From contig NC_092680.1 in NCBI RefSeq assembly GCF_964355755.1, positions 5,828,001-5,892,000 of the forward strand: a stretch of 64,000 nucleotides of DNA, written 5' to 3'. A program made the position numbers and the translations under genes. This document shows, in pieces, positions 1 through 13,200 of this stretch (position 1 is its first letter; every line of letters starts with the position of its first letter). Under the pieces are notes generated by a model that made no database searches, was not told the origin of the DNA, and saw only the letters and a list, made by a program, of their open reading frames with translations. The DNA is from Antedon mediterranea (Eukaryota; Animalia; Echinodermata).

Positions 1-1
1 G

Positions 2-823
2 TAACTCACTATCCACAATAAGATCGTCTCTTGATATTAATAGCAACAGAGACTTGTAAGGAAGGAAATTGAAATCTTCACTTTTAGTTACAAATAAAAA
101 GTTAGTAGCGATGACTTTACAAGCCGCTTCTTCGATATCTGGCATATTTTCAAAGTTTGAAATTAACGACAGTGTTTTCAAACAAGTTTCACGACACAAG
201 TTGTCGTTCAGGTAATGACAACATATTTCAATCGCCAAGTTTATCTTTAGGTAATCTGCGGCTTTTAACAGTTCTTCGACATTGTTGAAGCTAACGTGGA
301 GTTTAGTCGTGTAAATGAATTCAAGGAGCACACTTAACGTCTCATACTCAATGCCATGTAGACTATACTCAAACAACTCATCTTCGGAATCTTTTGTAAA
401 CATTTGGCGGAAGAAATCACTGCAAGCAGACAATACCAACTTGTGCGCGCCAATTTTCTTTATATCTACAGCAAGTACTACGTCGTTGAGTTGCTTTTCT
501 TTCCATAACTCAGCCATCACGTGAAGAACTGCAGATGCTTGACTACACTCGCAGGAATGTTTGCTTTGTGCTGCAGTCGCTTTGTCTGGCCATTCGTCTT
601 TCCAGTGATGTATGCCATTGTGGTAAATTCGTGGTCTGTATTTACTGCTTTCCTCGTGAGAACAGGTGGCCACGCCATGTCGACTTACAGCTGTAAGTGT
701 ATTTCCCGGACCTGTACCGGTACCAGTTGTTAAGGCTAGCAGGCCTCTTTTTGTCGAATAACGAGGTGCTCTGTCACTGATGAAACTTTTTTGGCTTAAA
801 TGTTGATTGTTTGATAAATTCAT
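2..823 (-). CDS. BTB-BACK (kelch-like) protein, N-terminal part; continues beyond the window start
   Basis: Open frame from ATG at 823: MNLSNNQHLSQ...LNDVVLAVDIKKIGAHKLVLSACSDFFRQMF...LLEFIYTTKLHVSFNNVEELLKAADYLKI...CCHYL (BTB), then BACK-like FNFLPYKSLLLLISRDDLIVDSE. Absent from the ORF track because there is no stop in the window. Confidence 0.88.
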   Translation of the reverse strand, partial: MNLSNNQHLSQKSFISDRAPRYSTKRGLLALTTGTGTGPGNTLTAVSRHGVATCSHEESSKYRPRIYHNGIHHWKDEWPDKATAAQSKHSCECSQASAVLHVMAELWKEKQLNDVVLAVDIKKIGAHKLVLSACSDFFRQMFTKDSEDELFEYSLHGIEYETLSVLLEFIYTTKLHVSFNNVEELLKAADYLKINLAIEICCHYLNDNLCRETCLKTLSLISNFENMPDIEEAACKVIATNFLFVTKSEDFNFLPYKSLLLLISRDDLIVDSEL

Positions 824-1336
824 TTTACCATCATTGCGTTAGACATTTTATTAATACTGATAACTTAATCCAGGTTAAGTATCTTTAGTTCGCGCGCATT
901 TGTTTCAGGGATGTTGTCATGGGGCTCGAGCGTACTGCAACTAATGGCGCAATACGCGCATTATAAAAACAATTCCAAACCTGATAACGTTGACAGGCTT
1001 CTGTTTCTGTTTACAACATTTTTAATACATCTGCTGCAGAAGTGTACTGCTTTACGATTTATGTTATATTTTACAAAAATTCTAGACATGGTGAGTGGCC
1101 AGAATCCACCTCATCCTATCCAATCCCCTCCACCATCAAGAACCACCACCACCAACACCACACCACCAAGTTAAGTTAAGCACGCCCTAAAAAAAGTTTT
1201 AGCTAAAATGTATATAGAGGGCGCTATATAGATTCTGGATTGATTTTTGATGCCCTGGCTACCTGATGCTTTTTCTCTGACTTAACCTCCTTGGCCTGGC
1301 CTTTTAGTAGAAAAATAGGCTAGCTTATATGTAATA
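824..1336. promoter_or_regulatory. Bidirectional promoter, kelch-like/TPGS2
   Basis: Divergent start codons about 0.5 kb apart; local CpGs; tagagggcgc motif at ~1215. Confidence 0.55.
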
Positions 1337-4300
1337 ATGAGTGACTCTTCCGGTTTACCTCCTGATCTCTTTGATCGACTAACCCTGAGTGTAGTTAAAT
1401 CATTAGGTAGGCTAAATATAAATATCTACTACTAGTCTAGTAGTACTAGCTAGGCTAGAGGGCCTACTAATCCGTCCCATACTACCTAGGCCTAGCTAGC
1501 CTAGGCCTACTACTAGGCTAGGGCTCCTCTATATATATAAGCTAGGACTAGGAGGGCCTATTTAGCTAAGCCTAGGCCTATATGCTAGGCCTAGCTACTG
1601 GGCCCACACAACAGACAATACATACTGTTTTATCCCACCTAGCTAGGCCTACCAAAAACACCTAGCTAGGCCTAGGCCTAGCTACTTCTAGCTAGGTAGA
1701 GGTTTAGATAGCGTAGATAGAGGTGCCTGTTTTAGAGAAGGCAAAAGAAGAGGAGAAGTAGTACATTATTAGTCATTATGACAGTACTGTATTTATTTAT
1801 CATACATATTTTCACAATGAAAAGAACATACCAATTTTAAACTTTTTAAACTTGTTATTTTTAAAATTGAAATGCATTGAATAAGAAATGAAATTATATT
1901 ATATAAAATAATAATAAATTATTTAATTATAATAATATTTAATAATCATGACTTTTAAATTTAGAAATGGCGAAAATGTGTCTAGGCTTAGCGCATCCCA
2001 TTAAAAAAAAATGCGAAAAACGTGACCAAATAGGCCTACATAAAAATGAACATTTGATGTTTTAAATATGAAATGTTTCCATTTTTTATAAGATGATTTT
2101 TTGTTTACTACTGATAGAAAAAAGACTAGGAGTATCAGACATATGTTTGAAAGAGATACCAGCTGCAGAGCGCCACCTTGTGTTATCGTGGGAACAGCGC
2201 AACTCATGCATTCTACCAGACGATCTTAAAAGATTCTATTTAACATCAAATGGATTTCATCTGCAGTGGTGTGTTAAATTTGAAGGTATTGAGACTTTTT
2301 AAAATAATGGTAATAAAAAGTATTGAACCAAAACATATATTTGTAATTAATAATTAGTAAATTATAAATACTTGGGAATAGCTCAAATATTTTAATTTCA
2401 ATCACATGTTTGCTGACAATCATGTGACAACTCACTTCCTGTGCTCTGATTAAAGTTGTTGTGAAATTCTTTGCTTTGCAAGAAGTAGAATCTAATTCAC
2501 TGAATGAAAAAACACACGTAGAATGCGAATATGCATGCGTGATGACGCTTTTGATTCTGCTGTTTGAAATCAGGTGATTAGAACATGTAATACATTATAC
2601 TGTATTAACTATATACCTGTGCACATATGCAAATTATTAGCATCTCTTCTGCATCCAGGTGCCACTGTGTTTATGTAAATTCTGTTTCTTTAGATCAACC
2701 ATTTCATTTGGGACTTATGGAAATAAATCCAATTGAGAAAGTTGCGAAACTCGCAGGTGGAAGGAACACATCAAATCTGCCCTCACTAGCAGACGTTGAT
2801 TACAACACTGATGATGATGACGAGACAGAGTATCTGAGTCATGGAAGAAAACAGCCGCATTTTGATCTACGTAGTCGTGTGTTTGAACTAGACCCTTGTA
2901 ATGGCTATGGAAAAACATGTTTAGTTTACAACAATACAACACAAGGTTTGAGTATATGAAAATGTCAACAACACATTTTTCATAGTTTTAATTTCCACTA
3001 GTTTGTGGTTTATTAATAGAAAGATTCTAGAAAGAAAGTGGGTAGGGTATTTAGGCAGTACTTAAAATATGAAATGTACTATTGTATAACCAGGTTTTGG
3101 CAACATCCACCACTGCTGATCTACAGTATTACTAACAAAAACAATTCTCAGGACTCGCCCCAGTACGTTTGCTAAGTTTAATGCCCAGTGGCATAACGCA
3201 GAGGCATGAGGCCCCTGGTTTATGGACCCTATGTGGCCTTCCAACACTGGAGGTTTCTGACGCCCTGCTCAGGGGCCTCATAAGCTCCGGTCCCCCCATA
3301 AGCTCAGGTACCCCCCATAAACTCAGGTCCCCCCCTCCCCCATAAGCGCCGGGCCCTTGGGTTTAGCTCATAGATACTCTATCTATTTAGAATAAAATAA
3401 CCATGAACTTTTTACTTTATTTCGTTCATTCTTTTTTTGTTAGGTGTACCAGCCACTGATTCCGACATCTGGTTTCTGGACCGTTCTCTTCATTGGCACT
3501 TTATAGCAGATACATTCAGCCAATACTTCCGATTAATGATCATGAACCTGGGCCTGCCTTTATGGCATTTTACTCTCACTGATATTGGCTTACCAAATCA
3601 TGCGCAGGTTGGTATTAAAGATGTTTTAGATGAATAATAATCATGCAGTGCAGAGAAATAAAGTGGTCACAAGAAAAGGGAACAATCTATGTTCAAGCCA
3701 CTGGGTTGTCAAAGGCCTTTGTGAAAAAGTTGTCAGGTTGAAACCTATACCAACCGTACTGTTGTATGTTTGTTGTCATTCCATACATTTATTTCAATGG
3801 TCATGCTCCAGAACTGCGCTCTCTGTGAGAATAGTCTTGTACCGAAGGGAGGTCACCCAGTACAGTATATAAAAAAATACTTTAATTAATAATTTTTAGC
3901 AATGGTTTTACATGTATGCACCTCTGCAATTAAACGTAGAAGTTCATCAAGAGTCAAAGAAAAGTTCTACAAACAAGAACTTGGAAGAAGTGAGCAATAA
4001 AATAGACGTCAATAAAGTGTTCAAAGGGAAGAGTGACAAAAAGTAATGTTTATATTTTCAAAATTTTCCTAAAAAATCCTCCTTAACTTTTAATTGTAAG
4101 TTTACCATTTGAATATAAAACTTCCAATAATGAACTTGTACAGTAATAATAGTTTTCCTTCATTGTGATCCTATCAACATCTTAAAATAATATATGTTGT
4201 CAAAAATTTATCATGTGTGCAGTGTTTAGTGACATCTTGGTTGTTATACCCTATACCGTATGCTAGCTGTTTTCAAACCAGAATATCTATATTTCACGGA

Positions 4301-4599
4301 AAGAGGTTCTTGGACTTCACATTTTTTTTAAAACTATTTGTTTTTATGCATTTACTTATTTACTCAATTTATTTAGATCAAAGTCATTAGCATCTGTTAC
4401 ATCTAAGAAGAAGACATCTTCGTCAAAGTAAGGAATGATTTAAATAACATAACAATAAAGAAGTATTATTTAATATTTTGTTGATATTAACCAACTTTTT
4501 TCATGGCTGAAGATGTTGATGATTTTTAATAAAGTGCCATCTATTTATTGTTTTAGGTTAGCAAGTGTGAGAGCGACATTATCATCAAAAGTAAGGTAG
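1337..4599 (+). CDS. TPGS2: Tubulin polyglutamylase complex subunit 2
   Basis: 7 GT-AG exons with consistent phases: 1337-1406, 2118-2285, 2694-2945, 3444-3607, 3900-4042, 4377-4427, 4557-4599. Motifs DRLTLSVVKSLE, SWEQRNSCILPDDLKRFYLTSNGF, PHFDLRSRVFELDPCNGYGKTCLVY, IWFLDRSLHWHF...YFRLMIMNLGLP. Confidence 0.9.
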
Positions 4600-5252
4600 T
4601 ACTTGAGAAGTCTATAAGCAGTGTTACACGGCAAGACATGATTTGATGTGCAATTCAAAGGGCTCCCTATACTAGGAATGTAAAAATATAGGCTATAGGA
4701 GTACAAATGTGTATTCAATATATATATAATTTGATCTCTTTACCGCGCCAATTTCTGGTTCAAACCTTGGTCGGGGCGGCTTTTTCACAGATATCTTCAT
4801 CTTTACTGTCTATAAATTATTTCAATTTCTAGTATATCATTGGGTGGTTTAAAGTTTATCTATGCCTGTCAAATTAATGTATATTGTTTAAATTAATTAA
4901 TACATTTTCAGTGTATCACCTGGCGGTTTAGAATTTGTTCTGTGCCCCATATCTCTATTTATTGTCTTTTTTATATATATCAAGTAGTATACGTATGAAA
5001 CGCCATATGTGCCAAAATATTTATCTTTTTACTAATATTAAGTCAAAACTCTGTCTGGAACCCAGACTAGTGTTGTTTATATATTTACACACACATGTAA
5101 ACAGAGAAAAATAAAGAACAACATAAACTGTACATTTTTATTTGTTTATTTTTCATATTTTGAAATTTGTACAACTAGAGAATACTGTATGTCTACAGTA
5201 TATTAAAAAAGGTTAAATAAATGACTGTATTTTACAATTGATACCTTTTTCT

Positions 5253-8200
5253 TCATTTCTTCCTCCTAAAATAAATAAAAAAACATTTATTTAGTCAAAT
5301 TCCAGGCATAAACAAACATTTTAAAATTCCAACAAAATAGGTAAAATTTACATATTTATATTGTGGTAAATATCTTTCATCTCAAGACACGGTTTCATAA
5401 TACAGTACATTATGTTAATTCCAATTAAAATCCAACAAGTTTTAAATACTGCACAATACTACAATCAACTTACTTTTTTCTTGGATTACCAACACTAACT
5501 GGAGAAAGAGCATCTAAATTAGATGACCCAGAAGGTGAAGGGCCAAGGGTCAAACTATCACTATCATTCTATGAATAGAAAGTAAAACAATCTTTACATT
5601 GAAGAATAATAATAATATTATTTTAGGGAACTTTTGATTTCTGACAAACTAGCCTAGGATGGACCTAATCTGCCAAAACTGCATCAAGGAATCAAGTGAC
5701 CTAGGAAACGCATCCCATGCCCTTGCACCTAGGTCATGGGTCATAGCAAATCAAATCAAGGGTTACCTGTGAATTTCTGTCTGTACTATCGTTAGCACTT
5801 GAGTCTTTGTCTGCATTTTCAAGTTTTATCTGCCCTTCCAGCCACTGAGCAGCGTCATTGTCTTCACTGGTGCTAGCAGCCGTCCTTGTGTTTTCCTCCA
5901 TCTCTAGTGCTGTCAGATTCTGGAAGGTTATCCCAGGGGTACTGGCATCTGGTAACTGATCAAGGAGATCGGGAAAGTTGTCCGAAAACTGGATATCGGA
6001 ACATGGTTCCTGGTTTACTCTGGGTAGTAAAAATAATACGGTATTTACATAACCATCATAAATTTACTTTCAAATGAATTTCTTGTTCAAAAATGATAAA
6101 AAAGGGTTCTACTTAGCAAATTTATTTTAAAAAATCAACTGAAACTTACCGGGATGATGGTTCTACTGGATGTCTGATAGGGTTCTATGTAGTAAAGTAA
6201 CATCATAATATTAGCATACAAAATATGAGTAAAAATAATTCTTTTACACAAAACAATATTTAATCTAATATAGAATACAGTTAATTCTGAAAAATTTTGA
6301 ATAGGTTTTTGGCAGATCACATGGCTAAAATTGTAAAATAAAGTGCTGAACTTAATGATCTATCTTAAGCTCAAACTAGTTTGACAAAAAAGTGTAAGTG
6401 TGATGTACCCAAATATGGTAGTTATATGCCCATATATGGGCACATCACATTCTTTTGTCACATAAAGTTTGATAGTGTAGCTTTAGGAATTTCATCTGTG
6501 ATATACGTAACCATTGAAGCATCTTTGCAATTTCCGCGGGACTCCCTTTGGATCTGCCTATGTAAAAATAACTTCACATATTTATTTAATTAAAAACTTA
6601 CAATTAAACTTTGATATTGGTCTTGCAATTTGTTATTCTTTCTTTCAATGAAATCATGATAATCTTTAATTCTTGTTTTCCAAAACTGATACAGCACTTC
6701 TGTATTTTCAATGTTGCTATCTTTGAAGACGTCGGTTAAAACATCCTGAAAACTTGTCGTGCCGTACATTGCTTCCCGATCCACGGCTAATCGCAATCGT
6801 TTGCAGAATTTTAAGTAGTATTCATGAAGTAGATCTGTTAGACATTCCAATGCTGATTCCTGACACACTGAAAATAACAATTGTGTTTGTCAACCATATT
6901 GCATTTTAAAAAGTATGAAAGAATATGGACATAAATATAATTGTCAGTGGCGGATCCATGATTTTAAAACAAGGGGAGGTTGGCACAGGGTCTAGAAATT
7001 TTGATATAAGCACTGAATTTAACCATTTTATTCGTCAAATGGGGTTATATACTGGAGTGTATTACAATAATGCGGTGGACATAAATTATTGTGACAAATA
7101 GTAATACAAATATTTTAATATTGTGTTATGTGCTACATTTGTTTTCGCCAATATATTACTATTGAGAAAATCATTATAAAAAGAAATTTACTTTCAAAAC
7201 CTGAATGAGCACTTATAGTGGCAACTGCTCTCCTCAACAGTTGCCTAGTAACACTGTCATCAATTCTAATCGTGCCTTCATCATGCAATAATGGTAGTGA
7301 CCTATAATAACAAATAAGGAATACTAATTTAACTATTATATCTTTATATTAAATATTTATCATTAACTGTAAAAATAAAAAGGGTTAGAGTTAATATAAT
7401 GAAAATAATATTTTAATAAAATATATTATATTATTACAATTAATTAGGGTTGATTAGTAAAACTTTATTGATCATAATTGATAATGTTTCTAATATTATA
7501 TAATTATTATTGTACTTTAATTATTAATATTATATATATTACAGTATATTATATATGTTATTATATTACAATATTATTATTTTGTAGTACACTATACACT
7601 ATTTTCCTCTATTGTATTAGTATAGGAATTGCAATACAGACATAATAGGGAGGTTTCGCAACCTTACGAATACGATAACGAAAACGGATACATCATGCAT
7701 TTGTGAAACTTTTGAGCTGATCCCCATTTCATATTCGTAAAGCGTATTTGTGTTGACGAATATCACCAGTCATATTCGTAACTACAAAACGAGTATAGTT
7801 TTTTATCTATTTTGCACATTTTGCATTTGAATCAGGAATGATTCATAATTATAATATAATACTAGATTTATTGAAAGTAATTTACTAAAGTAATTTACTA
7901 AAATGCCAAGTCAATTTTGATAAATAGCAGTTTTTAAAGTCCTCACTCGCTTTGATGTTATGCTAGGCCTAGACAGCCAAGCACCAAGCAACACGTACCT
8001 GCGCTTCGCTCAAATTTACCGCAGTCATATTTTGAACGCGCCTCAATATTTCGTTGCCGTGCGAAACAGATTTTTTTATGGCTTACGAAAACGAATACGT
8101 GTGCGTGACGTATCCGTTTTCGTTATCGTATTCGTAAGATTGCGAAACCTCTCTATTGTTAGTACAGTAGTTACAAATTCAAGATTATTAATTTATATAT

Positions 8201-9537
8201 AGCATTTGTACAGAAGAATTAATTTAAAAGTAGATAAAAATCTGTGATAATACCATATGTGGCTCTGTGGTCTAGTGGTATGATACTCGCCCAGTAAGCA
8301 AGAGGTTGCAGGTTCGAATCCCACCAGAGACATTTTTTCATACAACTAAAAAATACGGAACTTTCGCCAATGAGCTATGCTCGACGCGATTATGAGATCA
8401 TGTTCCGAATTTTAGCACTGTTTCTATAATTTACAGTATGATTTATATAAAAATGAACTAACCTATTTTCAGATGTTTCCATTTTATTAGCAACCTTTAT
8501 TGATCCTAACACAGGGCTTGGAGGAATGTTTGGTGTTCTTCGTTCTATATCGATTTTCTGAAAGAAAAAAATTAAAAATAAAGAAAAACACTTTACTAAC
8601 ATCTGATCAAAAGAATAAAATATGGGCAACTCATCGCTACTAATGATACAAAAATTGTTGTGGAGCTGTAGCTTGGTGGTTAACATGCTCGCCTTCCAAT
8701 CCCAATGGTCCAGGCTTCCTAAATCTCTGTCTACACTTGACACACTACTTGACAAAAACAGTGTGAGGTGCCCAAATATGATAGTGATAAGCCCAAATAT
8801 GGTAGTGATATGAAATTATCATGTCTATATATGGAAACATCACATTTTGTTATCACATACAGTTTGATAGTGTAGATAGAGCTTTATTCCCAAAATGAAA
8901 CTTAGTTGATATGCATGATATAAAGTAGTTTATCTATCATGTTGGTTGATGAGTTACTTGCTGTTTGTGAACAAACATAATTGTTTTAAATGATACCAAT
9001 GTATACCTCTGCATGTGACAGTTGTCCATTGGCATTTTTCAGTTGTTGATTATGTTTTAAAAGTTGGATTGTGTGAAGGCTAATATAGTCTGGTCTACAC
9101 AAGTCGGGATGCAGTCTATAGTAAAATAAAACAATACACAAAGAAAATAGCGAGAATGGTTTTTCTTTACACACATCATTATGTGATTATATGATCTCTC
9201 TCTACGTAAACATTAGAAATTTAGAAATCCTCTTAAATATTAGTAGAAAAAATAATGTTAAATATCTTTATTTCAAAATATGGTGGGCAAAAAAGCAATT
9301 TTCACTCATAATGGTTTATTTTTTGTACATTTTGAGAGACCCTATAGAGAGACCAAAAAAATAACAATGGGGTTTGAGGTAAATAATTCCTTACAATGTT
9401 GGTTGTTTACGTGTAGATGGTTGTTGAAGATGAGAAACATCCAAGTGTAGAGGCTGAAGTTTAGTGAACGACAACTTCACATCCATGAATTTACTTCCAG
9501 ATTTTGCCGGAGGCAGCTCTCCCCAAAGACTGTTCAT
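5253..9537 (-). CDS. SUPT7L: STAGA complex 65 subunit gamma (SPT7-like)
   Basis: 9 coding exons with consistent phases: 9537-9395, 9115-9007, 8557-8463, 7301-7192, 6867-6602, 6184-6150, ~6019-5767, ~5568-5474, ~5265-5253. Motifs MNSLWGELP, SLHTIQLLKHNQQL, RQLLRRAVATISAHSGFE, ESALECLTDLLHEYYLKFCKRLRLAVDREA, FWKTRIKDYH. Confidence 0.88.
6368..6483. mobile_element. MITE family A copy
   Basis: Same internal sequence, termini shortened. Confidence 0.7.
7648..8153. mobile_element. Non-autonomous DNA transposon (MITE) in a SUPT7L intron
   Basis: ~45-bp TIRs gggaggtttcgcaaccttacgaatacgataacgaaaacggatac ... gtatccgttttcgttatcgtattcgtaagattgcgaaacctctc, flanked by TA. Confidence 0.8.
8261..8332 (+). 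pseudogene. Degenerate tRNA-like sequence (tRNA pseudogene or SINE head)
   Basis: A box TGGTCTAGTGG, B box GGTTCGAATCC and a following T6 run. The cloverleaf has mismatches in the acceptor, anticodon and T stems; the loop CCAGTAA has C at position 33. Confidence 0.6.
8722..8884. mobile_element. MITE family A copy
   Basis: ctctgtctacac...gtgtagatagagct. Confidence 0.8.
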
Positions 9538-9829
9538 AATCTGAAATAAAATACAATTTAGCAACCATGATCACTTCCTCTATTTTAGTATTTAATGTAC
9601 CGACACTGTGAGACTTGCATACCGTAAACATAAATAAACATTCTGCTGGTCTCAGCGTGGCCTAGGAATTTCCAACTGGGATTTTCAGAGGATTTTAGCC
9701 CTAAATTATATTCTAAAATTGAGCTTTATACTATTTAATATTTGATGATCATTTTTTAATACTGAATAATTTGCTACAAAGCACAAAATGTAAGCTTAGG
9801 CCTACCTGGGCTAGGCCTAGCGTCGTGTG

Positions 9830-10010
9830 TGTTTACTTTTTTTCTGTTCAACTCTTCTTTTACAAATTCAGCATGGCGCCCTCTATCCTCTCAACCATGG
9901 ATAGGGGGAATTCCCATTTAATGTCAGTCGCGGTAAAAACATGTTTTGTTGATCTTGTTTGAAACTTTCCACTGCGGCGAAGCCTATGATTGATTATTTG
10001 TGGTAATTGA
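9830..10010. promoter_or_regulatory. Bidirectional promoter, SUPT7L/POLI
   Basis: Both first coding exons are preceded by splice acceptors, which places short UTR exons here; gcgccctcta motif at ~9876. Confidence 0.55.
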
Positions 10011-10269
10011 TTATTGTGGTATGTTAAAGGAAAAAATCATTAATAATATAGGAATTTAAACAAACATTATTATGTAAATAAATTGTTGATGGTGGTGGGC
10101 CACAGACCATGGTCCATGCATGTGGAGGTAACTCCATGCCATGATGGACCATCCATCATGCACAGGCGGCTTATAGACAGATCACAGAAATGCTGTTTTA
10201 TTATAGTATCACACAATGCTTACATTAACATTCAGTTAACTCTCTGTAGGTCGACAGTGCTGTGGAAAG

Positions 10270-13200
10270 ATGGAATCAAAGCGGTTGAAAAGACCTTTTG
10301 ATGATGTTGATCGAGATGATGAGACTGAAGATGATGCAGGTGAAACGGATGAGTGGTGCCAAAAGTGGTTACCGGCCACATCATCTATGACATTACCAGT
10401 ACAACAAGAATTAGTGATATCTTCCAACAATCATCAGTCGTCTTCGGGTAATAATAGTAATATTGTTCTGCCTGACCTTTCATCATCATGGAGGGACTAA
10501 TTAGTCCTAAACCGAATTTCCTCAGTTTCCAGTTAAGCTTGAGGACAAATACAAATACCTTATTTATACAGTACCTTGTTTTCAACCAAAAAAGACATGT
10601 GCAGAACTTACTTTATTTCATCTCTTGCTGGTCCATGATGACTAATTAAGGCTCTTTTTAACATTTTATTTTCCTTCTCAGCATCATCTGAACATGAGCG
10701 TACTATAATCCACATTGATATGGATTGCTTTTATGCGCAAGTTGAGATGATCCTAAACCCAACACTCGGAGATAAGCCATTAGGTGAGAATTTATTTTCT
10801 ATATGGCGCATTTTACAAATAAAATACCAGTCAAATAAATTGTTTAAGAATTTAAAGATGTATTGTCCCCCAAAAACAGGAAAACGGATTAATAGAATTA
10901 GACTTTATTATTTCACATATAAAAAGACAAAAGAAACAGTTAATTTTAGCCAAAAACCATTGTCTTTAAATTACTTTCAGGTATATAATGGTTTTTTTTT
11001 AACCAGTTTTTGGTCAAAATGAATAACTATTAGGTGACATTAAAATGGCATATGCAACAAAACAGTTGAAAAAAAATTTTAGGGGGACAATTTATCTTTA
11101 AAATAACTTTTTTTTTAAACAGGAATTCAACAGAAAAATATTGTTGTGACTTGTAACTATGTTGCTAGGGAACAAGGAGTTGGTAAGTTAAGTTATGTGA
11201 AAGATGCTTTGAAGATTTGTCCCAAGTTGGTTCTTGTAAGTGGAGAAGATTTAACCAAATATAGAGAGATGTCTTATAAAGTTACAGGTAAGCAAATGAT
11301 TTATTTATTCAAATGTCTGCCAAAATGCAAGGAAAATCTAAACATCCGTGCTAGTTGGTTAACCCAAATTTAATTCAATTCAATCACTTTCTGAACATGT
11401 TGTAAACAAATATTTTTTTATTCCGAAAATAAAATAGATAAATATGGTAATATAAATTTGTATATAGAACTGTCTATCCAGGTAGATTTTCATCTTTGAA
11501 ATAAATGAGGCAATATTACTATAATAATATTATACAACCTCTATTCACGTCACAAAGGGGTATCCATAATAGAGTTTTCTATATGTATTTATAATGCACT
11601 TTATACAGTAACACCAAACCATAATCCATTTTAGTGTTAATTTTTATTTGAAAACATGTAATTATTTACATTATTGTGGTTTTATATTTTCAGATTATTT
11701 ACTCCAATTTTGCCCTCTTGTTGAACGGCTTGGTTTTGATGAAAACTTCATTGATGTTACAAATCTTGTCAAAGACCGACAAGCTTCAAATAAAACATAT
11801 GATGTCAAAGGTCATTCATATTTTGAAGATAAAGGTATGTTTGTTATTGTTACTTGTAGGGGCAGATGCAGGATTTTTTTAAACAGAGGAATGTATAAAC
11901 ATATGATATTTAATAGTCTGTTAAAATACCAAAAAGTTCCAGTTTATTTTAGCACCCCCTAGCACTACCTCCTCCTGGTTCTGATAGTTTTTTTACTATA
12001 AGTAAACAAGTAATATTATCTTCCTTTAGTTCCCAGAATGCATTGTTCTTGTGGTTGTTATGAAAGACTGGCCATTGGATCTCACATTGCATCTGAGATG
12101 AGAGCTGGGTTAAAAGAAAGTCTAGGTTTGACAAGCTGTGCTGGAATATCTCACAACAAACTTCTGTCAAAGTTAGTGGCTGGAACGCATAAACCTAATC
12201 AGCAGACAGTGCTCTTTCCACATCAAGTAGACACATTATTGCTTTCGTTGAAAAGTGTACAACAAATACCTGGTATGTTTTTGCTTAATGCTGATTCAAC
12301 AGAAAATATGATTGTAATTTTGTTGCTAGAGAATAAATTTGTTGAATTTGTTTAGGAATTGGAAGCAGTATGTCTAAGAGGTTAGCTGCAATGGGGATTG
12401 TCTCTATCCAACAGCTACGGACAGAAAACCTAAACTCCCTACAACTAGAGTTTGGAATTCAAGTGGCTACAACCATCCACAACTTAAGCCATGGGCGTGA
12501 TCCTTCTCCTGTCACCCAAACTGGACCTCCACAGGTACCGTTTGTCATTGTAATTTGTAAAAAAAACAATATTTATAAGTGTAATGGTAAGCTTAAAACA
12601 CTGATAATGGATAATGATAATAGAAAGAACCGAGTCAAACAAACTGACATGGCCAACTGATCGCTGATTTACAAAAAAATCTTATTATTATATAAAACAG
12701 TTTTTTTGGTAGCCATGTCTTGTATTAAAGAGTTTTAACATATGTATTAGTACTGTAATATTATTACTAGAAAAATTGTAGGATTTGATATTAACAAGTG
12801 CACAGTAATTATGTCAATTTTTAATTTGTTTTATCGTCAGTCATTAAGTGACGAGGATTCTTTCATAAAGTGCAACTCTGTCGAAGATGCTCGAAACCGA
12901 ACAAGAGAAATCCTCAGAAATCTTCTTCAAAGGTAAAATAAAAATATCTTATCAATCATTCCATAAATTAACACCTTGTGATTGTAAGTTCCCAATACTG
13001 GAAATTCCAATTGTTACAGGTTGAGAGAGGATGGTAGAGTCCCTCATACGCTACGTATTGCTGTCCGAAAATTCTCTAAACCAAAACAGTGGACAAGAGA
13101 AAGCCGGCAGTGTCCATTTCCAGATGGTGTTCTTCAAGATTCTGATTCAGGTAAATATTTTTATTCACAGCCACAATAGAACCCCTCATTTAAGACACCC

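Noticed and set aside
7960-8202. Short ORFs within repeats (also 24020-24202, 40194-40436, 62166-62869)
   Set aside because: They lie inside MITEs or TIRs and have no transposase motifs.
8261-8332. Functional tRNA-Thr(AGT)
   Set aside because: Mismatches in three stems and C33; treated as a pseudogene or SINE head.
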